Shown: positions 19,551 to 29,156 of the stretch, in pieces
How the letters are laid out: every line of letters begins with the position of its first letter
Position numbering within the stretch: position 1 is the stretch's first letter
From: Vibrio vulnificus CMCP6
Lineage (GTDB): Bacteria > Pseudomonadota > Gammaproteobacteria > Enterobacterales > Vibrionaceae
Direction: 5' to 3'
Length of the DNA: 32,000 nt
Assembly (NCBI RefSeq): GCF_000039765.1
Contig: NC_004460.2
Coordinates: forward strand, 540,001-572,000
Made by a program: the position numbers and the translations under genes
The notes under the pieces: generated by a model
Databases searched by the model: none
The model's input: the letters and a program-made list of their open reading frames with translations, nothing else
Told to the model about the DNA's origin: nothing

Positions 19551-19650
19551 AAGTCTTGCCAGAACAGATGAACGTGAATACCACAAGCATTAAGCTCGGA
19601 GACTGTTGATATTCACTCCTCAAACCATGAGGAAGGCTACTCCCTTAAGC
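19547..19650 (-). ncRNA. yybP-ykoY (manganese-sensing) riboswitch aptamer
   Basis: Minus-strand RNA begins GCUUAAGGGAGUAGCC and ends GGCAAGACUUAAGC, giving a closing P1 stem plus the GGGAGUAG and GCAAGAC conserved segments; internal helices CCUCA/UGAGG and GUGAAUA/UAUUCAC with UCAACA in the loop side. Lies upstream of a cation antiporter gene. Confidence 0.8.
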
Positions 19651-19724
19651 GGCGCTATTCTATTACCAAACCACGAGAAAAGAAAACAAATTGATCGTCA
19701 TAAGATCAAACACCAGTTAAACAC

Positions 19725-19739
19725 TAGACGACTGGTCTA
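19725..19739. promoter_or_regulatory. TetR-type operator upstream of the tetR gene
   Basis: TAGACGACTGGTCTA, TAGAC-N5-GTCTA palindrome, 21 bp before the ATG at 19761; near-identical copy at 20403. Confidence 0.75.
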
Positions 19740-19760
19740 ATATCCTTTATAGTGCCGCTC

Positions 19761-20345
19761 ATGAATACGAAAACCAATGACACTCGCCAACACATTCTTG
19801 ACGTTGGCTATCAACTCGTCGTCAACCAGGGCTTTACTGCCGTGGGATTGTCGCAATTGTTGAAAGAAGCAGGCGTGCCGAAAGGCTCGTTTTATCATTA
19901 CTTCAAGTCGAAAGAGCAATTTGGCCAAGCATTGATTGAGGAATATTTTCATCAATACCTTGCTCGCTTAGAGGCGCATTTTAACCAGCAAAATGACTCT
20001 GGTTTTGACAACCTTATCTCGTATTTTTCTCGTTGGCTTTCCATTGAAAATGGTGTGTGTAATGCCAATCGCTGTCTTGTGGTGAAGCTCAGTGCTGAGG
20101 TATCTGACCTATCTGAAGCGATGCGTCATACACTTTCGCAAGGTGCACAACGCGTTATTCTGGCGTTGGCAAGCGCAGTACAAACTGGCATTGATGATGG
20201 TTCGATCTCGGTAAACAATGCCACGGCTACCGCACAACAGCTTTATCAACAATGGCTAGGTGCCAGCTTGTTGAATAAGTTAATGCAGGATCAAACGCAT
20301 TTAGAACAGTGCTTAGCCAGCACCAAACAGATACTCAAAAGGTAA
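19761..20345 (+). CDS. TetR/AcrR family transcriptional regulator
   Basis: N-terminal HTH 'TRQHILDVGYQLVVNQGFTAVGLSQLLKEAGVPKGSFYHYFKSKEQFGQALIEEYF'. Confidence 0.93.
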   Translation: MNTKTNDTRQHILDVGYQLVVNQGFTAVGLSQLLKEAGVPKGSFYHYFKSKEQFGQALIEEYFHQYLARLEAHFNQQNDSGFDNLISYFSRWLSIENGVCNANRCLVVKLSAEVSDLSEAMRHTLSQGAQRVILALASAVQTGIDDGSISVNNATATAQQLYQQWLGASLLNKLMQDQTHLEQCLASTKQILKR

Positions 20346-20367
20346 CGTTCAAACACGTTATCGACAC

Positions 20368-20391
20368 CCCGCCTTGCTGGCGGGATTTTTT
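20368..20391 (+). terminator. Rho-independent terminator after tetR
   Basis: CCCGCC-TTGCT-GGCGGG followed by ATTTTTT. Confidence 0.85.
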
Positions 20392-20402
20392 GAAACAAAC
20401 AC

Positions 20403-20417
20403 TAGACGACCGGTCTA
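20403..20417. promoter_or_regulatory. TetR-type operator upstream of the reductase gene
   Basis: TAGACGACCGGTCTA; differs from the 19725 site at one base. Confidence 0.75.
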
Positions 20418-20432
20418 ATAAAGGAAGAATAG

Positions 20433-21464
20433 ATGACTCAACCTACAAACCGTCAAATCGTGCTCGCGTCCCGCCCAGTAGGCGCACCAACCGCAGACAA
20501 CTTTGCGCTTACACAGAGTGACATCCCAACGCCAGCCCAAGGTGAAATGCTGCTACGCTCTGTTTATCTGTCACTCGATCCCTACATGCGTGGCCGCATG
20601 AGTGATGCCAAATCGTATGCCGAACCCGTTGGTATCGATGAAGTCATGGTCGGTGGCACGGTTTGCCAAGTTGAAGCATCCAACCACGCCGAGTTTGAAG
20701 TGGGTGAATGGGTGTTGGCTTACACAGGTTGGCAAGATTATGCGCTATCCGACGGTGAAGGCTTGATCAAATTAGGCAAACAGCCTAGCCACCCTTCTTA
20801 TGCACTTGGTGTGATGGGCATGCCTGGATTTACTGCCTACATGGGCCTATTGGATATTGGTCAACCCAAAGAAGGGGACACATTGGTGGTTGCCGCAGCA
20901 ACAGGCGCGGTCGGCTCTATGGTGGGACAAATTGGTAAACTCAAGGGCTGCCGCGTCATTGGTATCGCCGGTGGCGAAGAAAAATGCCAATTTGCTAAAG
21001 AAACACTGGGCTTTGATGAATGTATCGACCACAAAGCGACTGACTTTGCCGAGCAATTAGCAAAAGTATGCCACAACGGAATCGACATCTATTTTGAAAA
21101 CGTCGGCGGAAAGGTCTTTGATGCTGTGATGCCGTTGCTTAACACTGGTGCGCGCATTCCACTGTGTGGTTTGATTTCCCAGTACAACGCCACATCTCTA
21201 CCAGAAGGTCCAGATCGCATGTCTATGCTGATGGCGCAACTGTTGATCAAACGCATCAAGATGCAAGGTTTCATCATTTTTGATGATTACGGCCATCGCT
21301 ATGGTGAGTTTGCCGCGGACATGACCCAATGGCTAGCACAAGGAAAAATTCACTATCGTGAACATCTTGTCCAAGGGCTGGAAAACGCGCCTGACGCCTT
21401 TATTGGCCTGCTTGAAGGGAAAAACTTCGGCAAAATGGTCGTCCAAACCAATCAACCACGCTAG
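20433..21464 (+). CDS. curA: NADP-dependent zinc-independent MDR oxidoreductase (curcumin/enone reductase-like)
   Basis: 343 aa: 'LRSVYLSLDPYMRGRMSD', 'VVAAATGAVGSMVGQIGKLKGCRVIGIAGGEEKCQF', 'IDIYFENVGGKVFDAVMPLLN'. Confidence 0.85.
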   Translation: MTQPTNRQIVLASRPVGAPTADNFALTQSDIPTPAQGEMLLRSVYLSLDPYMRGRMSDAKSYAEPVGIDEVMVGGTVCQVEASNHAEFEVGEWVLAYTGWQDYALSDGEGLIKLGKQPSHPSYALGVMGMPGFTAYMGLLDIGQPKEGDTLVVAAATGAVGSMVGQIGKLKGCRVIGIAGGEEKCQFAKETLGFDECIDHKATDFAEQLAKVCHNGIDIYFENVGGKVFDAVMPLLNTGARIPLCGLISQYNATSLPEGPDRMSMLMAQLLIKRIKMQGFIIFDDYGHRYGEFAADMTQWLAQGKIHYREHLVQGLENAPDAFIGLLEGKNFGKMVVQTNQPR

Positions 21465-21473
21465 GAGCTAGGT

Positions 21474-22091
21474 ATGATCACTCTACATCATCTCAACAAA
21501 TCCCGTTCAAAGCGTATCATTTGGTTGCTGGAAGAGCTGGGCGTTGACTATCAAGTTGTCGCCTACCAGCGAGACAGCGTGACGTTTTTAGCACCACCAG
21601 AGCTGAAAGCGATCCACCCACTAGGCAAATCACCGGTCATCGAAGCCGATGGTAAAGTGATTGCTGAGTCAGGCGCGATCACCGAATACCTCATTGCCAA
21701 ACACGCCCCACTGCGATTGGCTCCAGCACCAGAGAGCGCTGAGTACGTGGAATATCTGCAATGGCTGCATTTTGCGGAAAGCTCCGGCATTTTGCCTTTG
21801 CTGCTTAAAGTCTTTTTAACCAAAGATGGCGCGCAAACGCAGTTTCTTGCTCAGTACGCAGATGCGGAGATCAACAAAGTGGTGGGTTATCTCGACCAAA
21901 GCTTGCAGGGCAAAAACTACCTTGTTGGTGAGACGCTCTCCGGTGCCGACATCATGAACTCGTTCATTGTCGAGATTGTGCAGCAATTTGGTTTGCTTGA
22001 GCAGTATCCGAACCTTGCCCGTTACTCGGATACACTCGCCAGCCACCCAAGCTTTGTTAAAGCGCAAGCGCTGGAACAACAATACAATTAA
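21474..22091 (+). CDS. Glutathione S-transferase family protein
   Basis: 205 aa: 'MITLHHLNKSRSKRIIWLLEELGVDYQVVAYQRD', 'HPLGKSPVIEADGKVIAESGAITEYLI'. Confidence 0.93.
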   Translation: MITLHHLNKSRSKRIIWLLEELGVDYQVVAYQRDSVTFLAPPELKAIHPLGKSPVIEADGKVIAESGAITEYLIAKHAPLRLAPAPESAEYVEYLQWLHFAESSGILPLLLKVFLTKDGAQTQFLAQYADAEINKVVGYLDQSLQGKNYLVGETLSGADIMNSFIVEIVQQFGLLEQYPNLARYSDTLASHPSFVKAQALEQQYN

Positions 22092-22112
22092 TGCCTTTTA
22101 AACACTGCCTTT

Positions 22113-22142
22113 GCCAGCCGCTGATACGGCTGGCTTTTTTTC
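22113..22142 (+). terminator. Rho-independent terminator after the GST gene
   Basis: GCCAGCCG-CTGATA-CGGCTGGC followed by TTTTTTTTC. Confidence 0.88.
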
Positions 22143-22245
22143 TCTAATGCGAATAAAACCACCTATTTTCGCGATGATTTAACACAAACCCCAATCCATT
22201 CTGTATAGTAGCGAGCAAAGAAATTGACTCAAAAATGAGGAAGTA

Positions 22246-22506
22246 ATGAGAACAACATTATTGGCCCTGCTAAGCGTACTCGCCCTTTCAGCTTGCAGTG
22301 AAGTAGGCAGTGAAAGCTGGTGCAACGACATGCGCGATAAGCCGAAAAGCGAATGGAATGGACAAAATACGCTAGACTTTGCCAAGCACTGCCTACTCAA
22401 CAACGAGATTGGTAGCAAGAGTTGGTGTGAAGATATGGATGAAAAATCCAAAGGCGATTGGACGGCTAAAGAAGCCACCTCTTACGCTAAGTATTGCGTA
22501 CTTTAG
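22246..22506 (+). CDS. Small lipoprotein with two tandem DUF3012-like units
   Basis: 86 aa; 'LLSVLALSACS' lipobox; units 'GSESWCNDMRDKPKSEWNGQNTLDFAKHCL' and 'GSKSWCEDMDEKSKGDWTAKEATSYAKYCV'. Confidence 0.75.
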   Translation: MRTTLLALLSVLALSACSEVGSESWCNDMRDKPKSEWNGQNTLDFAKHCLLNNEIGSKSWCEDMDEKSKGDWTAKEATSYAKYCVL

Positions 22507-22515
22507 TTGTTAGAT

Positions 22516-22539
22516 ATCAGAGCCACCTTTGGCTCTGAT
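22516..22539 (+). terminator. Hairpin downstream of the DUF3012-like gene, possible terminator
   Basis: ATCAGAGCCA-CCTT-TGGCTCTGAT followed by TTACTTTG. Confidence 0.6.
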
Positions 22540-22613
22540 TTACTTTGATTCTCAGATCCCTCTCTTATATTCAATGTGACTCTTTTCACGCTTTCTCTCC
22601 AACTTTACTGTTT

Positions 22614-22630
22614 CTAGGAATTTTTCCTAG
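22614..22630. promoter_or_regulatory. Perfect palindrome upstream of uhpT, candidate UhpA site
   Basis: CTAGGAA-TTT-TTCCTAG, about 110 bp upstream of the uhpT start codon. Confidence 0.45.
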
Positions 22631-22738
22631 GCGATCTAAGCCCTCCTCTCATGTGGTTTGCTCTTTCGCTCTCTAGAATCGTCGCCAGTTAATGACAAAA
22701 GTTCACCTGTGTACGACACAATGACAAGAGAGTTCACA

Positions 22739-24136
22739 ATGTTAAAATTCCTTGAACAAGTGCGGAAGCCGACCCTCGACCTTCCAGTCGAAGTAAGACG
22801 CAAAATGTGGTTTAAGCCGTTTATCCAATCTTACCTTGTGGTATTTATTGGTTACTTGACCATGTATTTGATCCGCAAAAACTTCAACGTCGCGCAAAAC
22901 GACATGATCTCCACTTACGGTTTAAGCATGACCGATTTGGGTCTGATTGGTCTTGGTTTTTCGATTACTTACGGTATCGGTAAAACCGTCGTTTCCTACT
23001 ACGCTGACGGCAAAAACACCAAGCAGTTTCTCCCTTTCATGCTGATCCTTTCTGGTCTTGCCATGCTTGGTTTCAGCTTCAGCATGGGCGGTGGCAGCGC
23101 CAGCTTGTTCTTGATGGTGGCGTTCTACGCGCTCAGTGGTTTCTTCCAAAGTACGGGTGGCCCTTCTAGTTACTCAACCATCACGAAGTGGACACCACGC
23201 AACAAACGTGGTTCTTACCTAGGTCTTTGGAACATGTCGCACAACGTGGGTGGTGCTGGTGCGGCTGGTGTTGCCCTGTTCGGTGCTAACTACCTATTCG
23301 ATGGCCACGTCATTGGTATGTTTGTTTTCCCTTCTATCATCGCCATCATCGTTGGTTTCATCGGCATGCGCTTTGGTAGTGACTCACCTGAGGCTTATGG
23401 CCTAGGTAAAGTTGAAGAACTTTTTGATGAAGCCATCAGCGAAGAAGATACTGCGGCTGAAGAAAATCAAATGACCAAGAAAGAGATCTTTGTTGAGTAT
23501 GTACTGAAAAACAAAGTGATCTGGCTACTTTGCTTTGCCAATATCTTCCTTTACATCGTGCGTATCGGTATCGACCAATGGTCAACGGTTTACGCGTACC
23601 AAGAACTTGGTCTATCAAAAGAAGCGGCAATCTCCGGTTTTACCCTATTCGAAGTGGGCGCACTCGTCGGTACGCTAATGTGGGGTTACCTTTCTGACTT
23701 GGCGAACGGTCGTCGTGCTTTAGTGGCGTGTGTGTCTCTTGCTTTGATCATCGTATCCCTTGAGTTCTACCAACACGCAACAAGCGAATTCATGTACTTA
23801 GCATCGCTATTTGTTCTTGGTTTCCTCGTGTTTGGTCCTCAACTGCTTATCGGTGTTGCTGCGGTTGGCTTTGTTCCTAAGAAAGCCATCAGTGTGGCAG
23901 ATGGCGTAAAAGGCACCTTCGCTTACCTAATCGGTGACAGCTTTGCCAAACTTGGTCTTGGTATGATTGCAGACGGTACACCAATCTTTGGTTTGACCGG
24001 TTGGAAAGGCACCTTCGCGGCACTGGATACCTCAGCGATGATTTGTATTGTCCTTCTTGCCTTCGTTGCTATCGCAGAAGAGAAAAAGATTCGACATAAC
24101 AAGAAGAAACTTGAACTCGCGGCCAGCCAGTCTTAA
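22739..24136 (+). CDS. uhpT: Hexose-6-phosphate:phosphate antiporter (MFS, OPA family)
   Basis: '[27 protein letters not shown]', '[39 protein letters not shown]'; adjacent to uhpABC. Confidence 0.9.
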   Translation: MLKFLEQVRKPTLDLPVEVRRKMWFKPFIQSYLVVFIGYLTMYLIRKNFNVAQNDMISTYGLSMTDLGLIGLGFSITYGIGKTVVSYYADGKNTKQFLPFMLILSGLAMLGFSFSMGGGSASLFLMVAFYALSGFFQSTGGPSSYSTITKWTPRNKRGSYLGLWNMSHNVGGAGAAGVALFGANYLFDGHVIGMFVFPSIIAIIVGFIGMRFGSDSPEAYGLGKVEELFDEAISEEDTAAEENQMTKKEIFVEYVLKNKVIWLLCFANIFLYIVRIGIDQWSTVYAYQELGLSKEAAISGFTLFEVGALVGTLMWGYLSDLANGRRALVACVSLALIIVSLEFYQHATSEFMYLASLFVLGFLVFGPQLLIGVAAVGFVPKKAISVADGVKGTFAYLIGDSFAKLGLGMIADGTPIFGLTGWKGTFAALDTSAMICIVLLAFVAIAEEKKIRHNKKKLELAASQS

Positions 24137-24142
24137 TTCATC

Positions 24143-24169
24143 AGCGCGCTTTGTCCTGCAAAGCGCGCT
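24143..24169. terminator. GC-rich hairpin between uhpT and uhpA
   Basis: AGCGCGCTTT-GTCCTGC-AAAGCGCGCT: 10-bp perfect stem, no downstream U-tract. Confidence 0.55.
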
Positions 24170-24272
24170 AGATCATTAAAACCAAGATGTCGATTTAGTA
24201 TCATAGTCCGTTTTTACTTGAGCTCGTATGAGCTCGCTGTCGTTTGTGTATTGCTGAAATGTGGTTGTTATG

Positions 24273-24881
24273 ATGATTAACGTAGCGCTTGTGGATGACC
24301 ATGTCATTGTTCGTTCTGGTTTTGCCCAACTATTAAATCTTGAGGCGGACATTTGCGTTGTCGGAGAATTTGGCTCCGTCGCGGACGCACGAATCGGCTT
24401 ACCTGCGTGCAAGCCAGATGTTGTGATTCTCGATATCTCAATGGCGGATGAAAGCGGCCTAACGTTACTCAGTGAAATTCCATCCGGCATTGCCTGCATC
24501 ATGTTGAGCGTGCACGACTCCCCTGCCATGGTGGAAAAATCGCTCAAACTGGGTGCCAAAGGTTATTTAAGCAAACGTTGCAGCCCTGATGAACTGGTTC
24601 AAGCGGTGAGAACCAGCGCGGCAGGTGGTTGTTACCTTACTCCAGACATCGCAATGAAGCTTGCCACACCGAACGATAAAGCCACCAGCCTCACCCAACT
24701 CACGCGCCGAGAAAACGAAGTGTGTCAGTTGCTAGCGCGAGGGTTGGATGTGAAGTCCATCGCTGCCGAACTGGGGTTAAGCCACAAAACGGTTCATGTT
24801 CACCGTGCTAACGCCATCGACAAGCTGGGCGTAAAAAACAACGTCGAGCTGGCAAAACTGTTCTCTCAAGAGTCATTTTAA
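24273..24881 (+). CDS. uhpA: Response regulator, LuxR/FixJ family, UhpA
   Basis: '[21 protein letters not shown]', phosphoacceptor '[13 protein letters not shown]', LuxR HTH '[51 protein letters not shown]'. Exact start uncertain (24261, 24270 or 24273). Confidence 0.9.
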   Translation: MINVALVDDHVIVRSGFAQLLNLEADICVVGEFGSVADARIGLPACKPDVVILDISMADESGLTLLSEIPSGIACIMLSVHDSPAMVEKSLKLGAKGYLSKRCSPDELVQAVRTSAAGGCYLTPDIAMKLATPNDKATSLTQLTRRENEVCQLLARGLDVKSIAAELGLSHKTVHVHRANAIDKLGVKNNVELAKLFSQESF

Positions 24882-26380
24882 TGCGCAGTTACACCATCAC
24901 ATCACTGTGCGGTTTTTTCATGACCGCTTGTGCTTGGTTTTGTCTGTGGGTGATCGCCTACTACTTTGTCAATGACGCAGAGTTGGCTATTTTGCTGTTC
25001 CCATTTGCGCTGCGACTCGGCATCACGCTACACACTCACACCCGATTTTGGCCAACCATCTACTTGGCGGAATGGGGATTAACCGTTGCGCTGGCCTTAT
25101 TGCTTGATCAGCCACAGTGGTTAATGGTGTTGGTCGCGAGCGTCTTAAGCATCCCGGTTGTCTGCCTAGCGAAGAAATACTACCGAGGCGATCACAACCA
25201 GCATTTGGCGATCATGGCGGTCATTATTGTCATCACTGCGTCCATCAACGTGCTGGCCGTGGGTTTTCATGTTCAATCGGTCTACATGGTCTGGCTTGCC
25301 AGCGTTACTGGCGGTTTGATGCTCTTGCCTATGTGTTATTTGCTCTGGAACTATTTGTTTCAAAGTCCATGGTCTCCGCTCACCTCAAACCTGCTCGCCA
25401 ATACCGTGGAATTTAAGGTGCGCCACATCGTTTTGTATACGGTGTTACTCATCACCAGTATTTTGATTCAAACCAGTTTGCCGGATGAATTAAAACGATT
25501 CGCGCCGTTTTGCATGGCGATTCCGATCATCGTGTTGGCGCTACGCTACGGCTGGCAAGGCGCGCTATTGGCCACCATGCTGAACAGTGTGGCGCTGATT
25601 GCTGCACGCAGTGGTGTTTCCAATTTAGAAATCACCGATTTGTTGCTATCTCTGTCAGCACAAACCTTAACCGGCATCATGCTCGGCTTGGCGGTGCAAA
25701 AACAGAAGGATCTCAACCAACAACTGCGCGGAGAGCTATCGCGTAACCAAACGCTCTCCCGTCAGTTGATTCAAGCGGAAGAATCGGTACGCCGAGATGT
25801 GGCGCGAGAACTTCATGATGAAATTGGCCAAAACATTACCGCAATTCGAACGCAAGCGAGCATCATCAAACGTATCGACAACCTCGAAATGAACATTCGT
25901 TGTGCCGACACCATTGAGCAGCTCTCTCTCAATGTCTACGACACCACTAAGCGTCTCTTAAGCAAGTTGAGACCAAAGATGCTGGATGATTTGGATTTGA
26001 AGGAGTCCGTCGAGCAGCTCACTCGCGAATTGGAATTTGATAATCATGGCACACAAGTTCAACTCGATTGGCAAGGCGATTACCACTCGCTCAGTGACAC
26101 TTTGAAAGTCACCCTCTTCCGTTTGTGCCAAGAGGCACTGAACAATGCCGCCAAATACGCGGAAGCCACGTCCATCGTTATCGAACTGTCCATTAGGGAC
26201 GAGCTTTCTCTCAATATTGCAGACAACGGTATCGGCTTTAAAACCGAAGAGTGCATGAAAGGCATGGGCATTCGCGGTATGCAGGAGCGCGTGCAAGCTT
26301 TGGGCGGAAAAATGTATATCTATTCTCTTAACGACCAAGTGACTGGCGCGCAAATTGCCATCACATTGCCGAAGGTGTAA
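24881..26380 (+). CDS. uhpB: Sensor histidine kinase, UhpB (MASE1-type membrane domain)
   Basis: 499 aa; eight-helix-like N-terminus; HisKA_3 motif 'RRDVARELHDEIGQNITAIRTQASIIK' and HATPase 'LCQEALNNAAKYAEATSI...DNGIGF'. Confidence 0.9.
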   Translation: MRSYTITSLCGFFMTACAWFCLWVIAYYFVNDAELAILLFPFALRLGITLHTHTRFWPTIYLAEWGLTVALALLLDQPQWLMVLVASVLSIPVVCLAKKYYRGDHNQHLAIMAVIIVITASINVLAVGFHVQSVYMVWLASVTGGLMLLPMCYLLWNYLFQSPWSPLTSNLLANTVEFKVRHIVLYTVLLITSILIQTSLPDELKRFAPFCMAIPIIVLALRYGWQGALLATMLNSVALIAARSGVSNLEITDLLLSLSAQTLTGIMLGLAVQKQKDLNQQLRGELSRNQTLSRQLIQAEESVRRDVARELHDEIGQNITAIRTQASIIKRIDNLEMNIRCADTIEQLSLNVYDTTKRLLSKLRPKMLDDLDLKESVEQLTRELEFDNHGTQVQLDWQGDYHSLSDTLKVTLFRLCQEALNNAAKYAEATSIVIELSIRDELSLNIADNGIGFKTEECMKGMGIRGMQERVQALGGKMYIYSLNDQVTGAQIAITLPKV

Positions 26381-26385
26381 CGCGT

Positions 26386-27726
26386 ATGTTTGGACTGTTT
26401 CAATCTCCGAGCTACACACAAGCTCCCTTGGACAAAAGCCAAGTTGATGAACGTTATCGTTACTGGCGACTGCATATCATGATCGGCATGTACATTGGGT
26501 ACGCGGGCTTTTATTTCACTCGCAAAACCTTCAACTACGCCGCGCCTGCCATGATTGTTGATTTGGGCTTAGACAAAGGCGATCTCGGTTTAATCGGCAC
26601 ACTTTTCTACATCACCTATGGCCTATCGAAGTTTATCTCCGGGACCATTTCTGACCGCTCTAATCCACGTTATTTTATGGGTGTGGGCCTGATCGCCTCA
26701 GGGATTATCAATATCGTGTTTGGTTTTTCCAGCTCGCTGATTGCGCTTTCCATCTTGTGGGTGCTCAACGCTTGGTTCCAAGGTTGGGGATGGCCTTCTT
26801 GTTCCAAACTCCTCACCACCTGGTATTCGCGCTCAGAACGCGGCTTCTTGTGGGCAATTTGGAACACAGCCCACAACGTGGGTGGCGCACTGATCCCATT
26901 ATTGGTCGGCTACCTCACTTTTCATTTCAGTTGGCGTGAAGGCTTTATTGTTCCTGGCATTATCGGCGTGTTACTTGGCCTTATTGTTTGCTGGCGATTA
27001 AGAGATAAACCCACCACTCAGGGGCTGCCAACCGTCGGTCAGTGGCGTCATGATGCGCTCGAACTGGCTCAAGAGAAACATGGCCAAGGACTCAGCTATC
27101 ACGAAATTCTCACGCACTATGTTTTCAACAACAAATACATTTGGTTGCTCGCTTTTAGCTATGTACTGGTTTACATCGTGCGCACCGCAATCAATGACTG
27201 GGGCAATCTCTACCTTACCGAGCAACACCATTACTCTCTGATCAACGCCAACGCTGCATTGTCGATGTTCGAGATCGGTGGCTTTGTTGGTTCTCTCGTA
27301 GCAGGTTGGGGCTCGGATAAACTGTTCGGTGGTAACCGCGGTCCGATGAATCTGCTATTTGCCGCCGGTATTTTCTTGTCTGTTGCTGCGCTGTGGTTAA
27401 TGCCGTTAACCAACTTTGCCTTTCAAGCGGCGGGTTTATTCTCTATTGGCTTCTTCGTGTTTGGCCCACAAATGCTTATCGGCATGGCAGCCGCTGAGTG
27501 TTCTCACAAAGATTCAGCTGGCGCAGCCACGGGTTTTGTTGGTCTGTTTGCCTACATGGGCGCGGCGTTGTCTGGCTACCCGCTTGCACTGATTTTGGAA
27601 GAATACAGCTGGACCGGTTTCTTCGTCACCATCTCTATCTGTGCGGCGGTGATCGGCTTACTGTTGCTGCCCTTTCTTCAAGCTCAACCGTCTCGTAAAC
27701 CACTGGCCCCCAAACTTCGCTTATAG
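26386..27726 (+). CDS. uhpC: MFS transporter/sensor, UhpC
   Basis: 446 aa; 'YAGFYFTRKTFNYAAPAMIVDLGLDKGDLGLIGTLFYITYGLSKFISGTISDRSNPRYFMGVGLI', 'NAWFQGWGWPSCSKLLTTWYSRSERGFLWAIWNTAHNVGG'. Confidence 0.9.
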   Translation: MFGLFQSPSYTQAPLDKSQVDERYRYWRLHIMIGMYIGYAGFYFTRKTFNYAAPAMIVDLGLDKGDLGLIGTLFYITYGLSKFISGTISDRSNPRYFMGVGLIASGIINIVFGFSSSLIALSILWVLNAWFQGWGWPSCSKLLTTWYSRSERGFLWAIWNTAHNVGGALIPLLVGYLTFHFSWREGFIVPGIIGVLLGLIVCWRLRDKPTTQGLPTVGQWRHDALELAQEKHGQGLSYHEILTHYVFNNKYIWLLAFSYVLVYIVRTAINDWGNLYLTEQHHYSLINANAALSMFEIGGFVGSLVAGWGSDKLFGGNRGPMNLLFAAGIFLSVAALWLMPLTNFAFQAAGLFSIGFFVFGPQMLIGMAAAECSHKDSAGAATGFVGLFAYMGAALSGYPLALILEEYSWTGFFVTISICAAVIGLLLLPFLQAQPSRKPLAPKLRL

Positions 27727-27748
27727 AGACAACCTCTTTCTTACTTAA

Positions 27749-27767
27749 GGTGAGCTAAACGCTCACC
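27749..27767. terminator. Small hairpin downstream of uhpC
   Basis: GGTGAGC-TAAAC-GCTCACC; no adjacent T-run. Confidence 0.4.
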
Positions 27768-27869
27768 ACCGCTTCCACCACAATTTTTTGCTTCCGATTC
27801 AGTTCGGAGGGTTTTCTACGGGTAAAATTCATGAATTTGAACACAATTTCATCAAAATGCTTCTTCAAA

Positions 27870-29039
27870 ATGGACAATAAGATCCAAAACTACGACTGGG
27901 GAAGCCGCTCTGCTATTCACGATTTGTTTGGCTTCGCCAACGACGATCATCGCCCGCAAGCCGAAGTTTGGATGGGCACGCACCCCAATGGCTGCTCAAG
28001 CATTAAAGGAAGCGATGTTTCACTTTCGCTCGCCGATTTGATCCAGCACGACCAAGTCGCCTTTCTGTCTGAGCCAACCGCGAAGCAATATGGGGATTTA
28101 CCGTTTCTGTTTAAGATCCTTTCAGCAGAGCGCGCCCTCTCCATTCAAGTTCATCCGAGTAAATGCGATGCGCAAACTGGTTTTGCAAGAGAAGAGCAAC
28201 TGGGCATTCCACTAGATGCCGCTTGGCGCAACTACAAAGACGCCAACCACAAGCCCGAGTTGGTCTACGCCCTCACCGACTATCAAGCGATGAACGGCTT
28301 CCGACCCTTCGAGGAGATCCTTGTGGGATTTCGCCAATGTCACATCCCGGAGATCAACACGTATCTCGAGCAATTTGAGCAAAACACCAATGAAGCTGGC
28401 TTACGACGCTTTTTTATCGAGCTGCTCTCGATGAGCAAGCTTCGTAAACAAAACGCGCTCGATCAGCTGGTTACGTATGCCTCACTCAATCAACAACAAC
28501 CCACTTGCCAGCTGATCATTGAACTGGCTGAGCAATATCCCAATGATGTGGGCTTGTTCGCACCATTGCTCCTGAACGTGATAACACTCAAACCCGGAGA
28601 GGCAATGTTCTTAAACGCAAGGACGCCTCATGCCTACATTAAAGGCACCGGGCTTGAGATCATGGCAAACTCCGACAACGTTTTACGCGCTGGCCTAACG
28701 TCCAAACATATGGATGTGGAAGAGTTGGTGAAATGCACCGATTTTGTCTCCAAACCCGTAGAGAGCTTGCTCACCCACGCGCACATTGTCGGTTGTGAGC
28801 ATCACTTCCCCGTGCCAGTAAAGGACTTTCAGTTTTCGGTACTGTCAAAGCCAGAGAATCAGCCCATGGCAATGTCGAGCGCCGAGATACTCATGGCCAT
28901 TGATGCCGATTTGACCTTAGTGGCCTCCAACGGTGAAACCCTAACATTAAGCAAAGGGCAATCGGCCTTTATTCCGGCGTACGTCAAGACTTACGCCATC
29001 TCAAGCTCTGGGCGTATCGCTCGTGCGTTTAATGGTTAA
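27870..29039 (+). CDS. manA: Mannose-6-phosphate isomerase, class I
   Basis: 'NKIQNYDWGSRSAIHDLFG', 'EVWMGTHPNGCS', 'LPFLFKILSAERALSIQVHPSK', 'NARTPHAYIKGTGLEIMANSDNVLRAGLT'. Start either 27831 or 27870. Confidence 0.94.
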   Translation: MDNKIQNYDWGSRSAIHDLFGFANDDHRPQAEVWMGTHPNGCSSIKGSDVSLSLADLIQHDQVAFLSEPTAKQYGDLPFLFKILSAERALSIQVHPSKCDAQTGFAREEQLGIPLDAAWRNYKDANHKPELVYALTDYQAMNGFRPFEEILVGFRQCHIPEINTYLEQFEQNTNEAGLRRFFIELLSMSKLRKQNALDQLVTYASLNQQQPTCQLIIELAEQYPNDVGLFAPLLLNVITLKPGEAMFLNARTPHAYIKGTGLEIMANSDNVLRAGLTSKHMDVEELVKCTDFVSKPVESLLTHAHIVGCEHHFPVPVKDFQFSVLSKPENQPMAMSSAEILMAIDADLTLVASNGETLTLSKGQSAFIPAYVKTYAISSSGRIARAFNG

Positions 29040-29156
29040 ATAGTAAATGCATTTGAAAGTGGCAGAGCTGCGTTTCTGTCACTTTTTCTGACACATAACT
29101 TCCAAGCAAACAAATCGCACCCAGAAATAGCAAACCGATAGACTGAAAAACAGAAG

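Noticed and set aside
24211-24240. GAGCTCG direct repeats upstream of uhpA (TTGAGCTCGTATGAGCTCGCTG)
   Set aside because: Too short to separate from chance without comparative data; kept only as a note.
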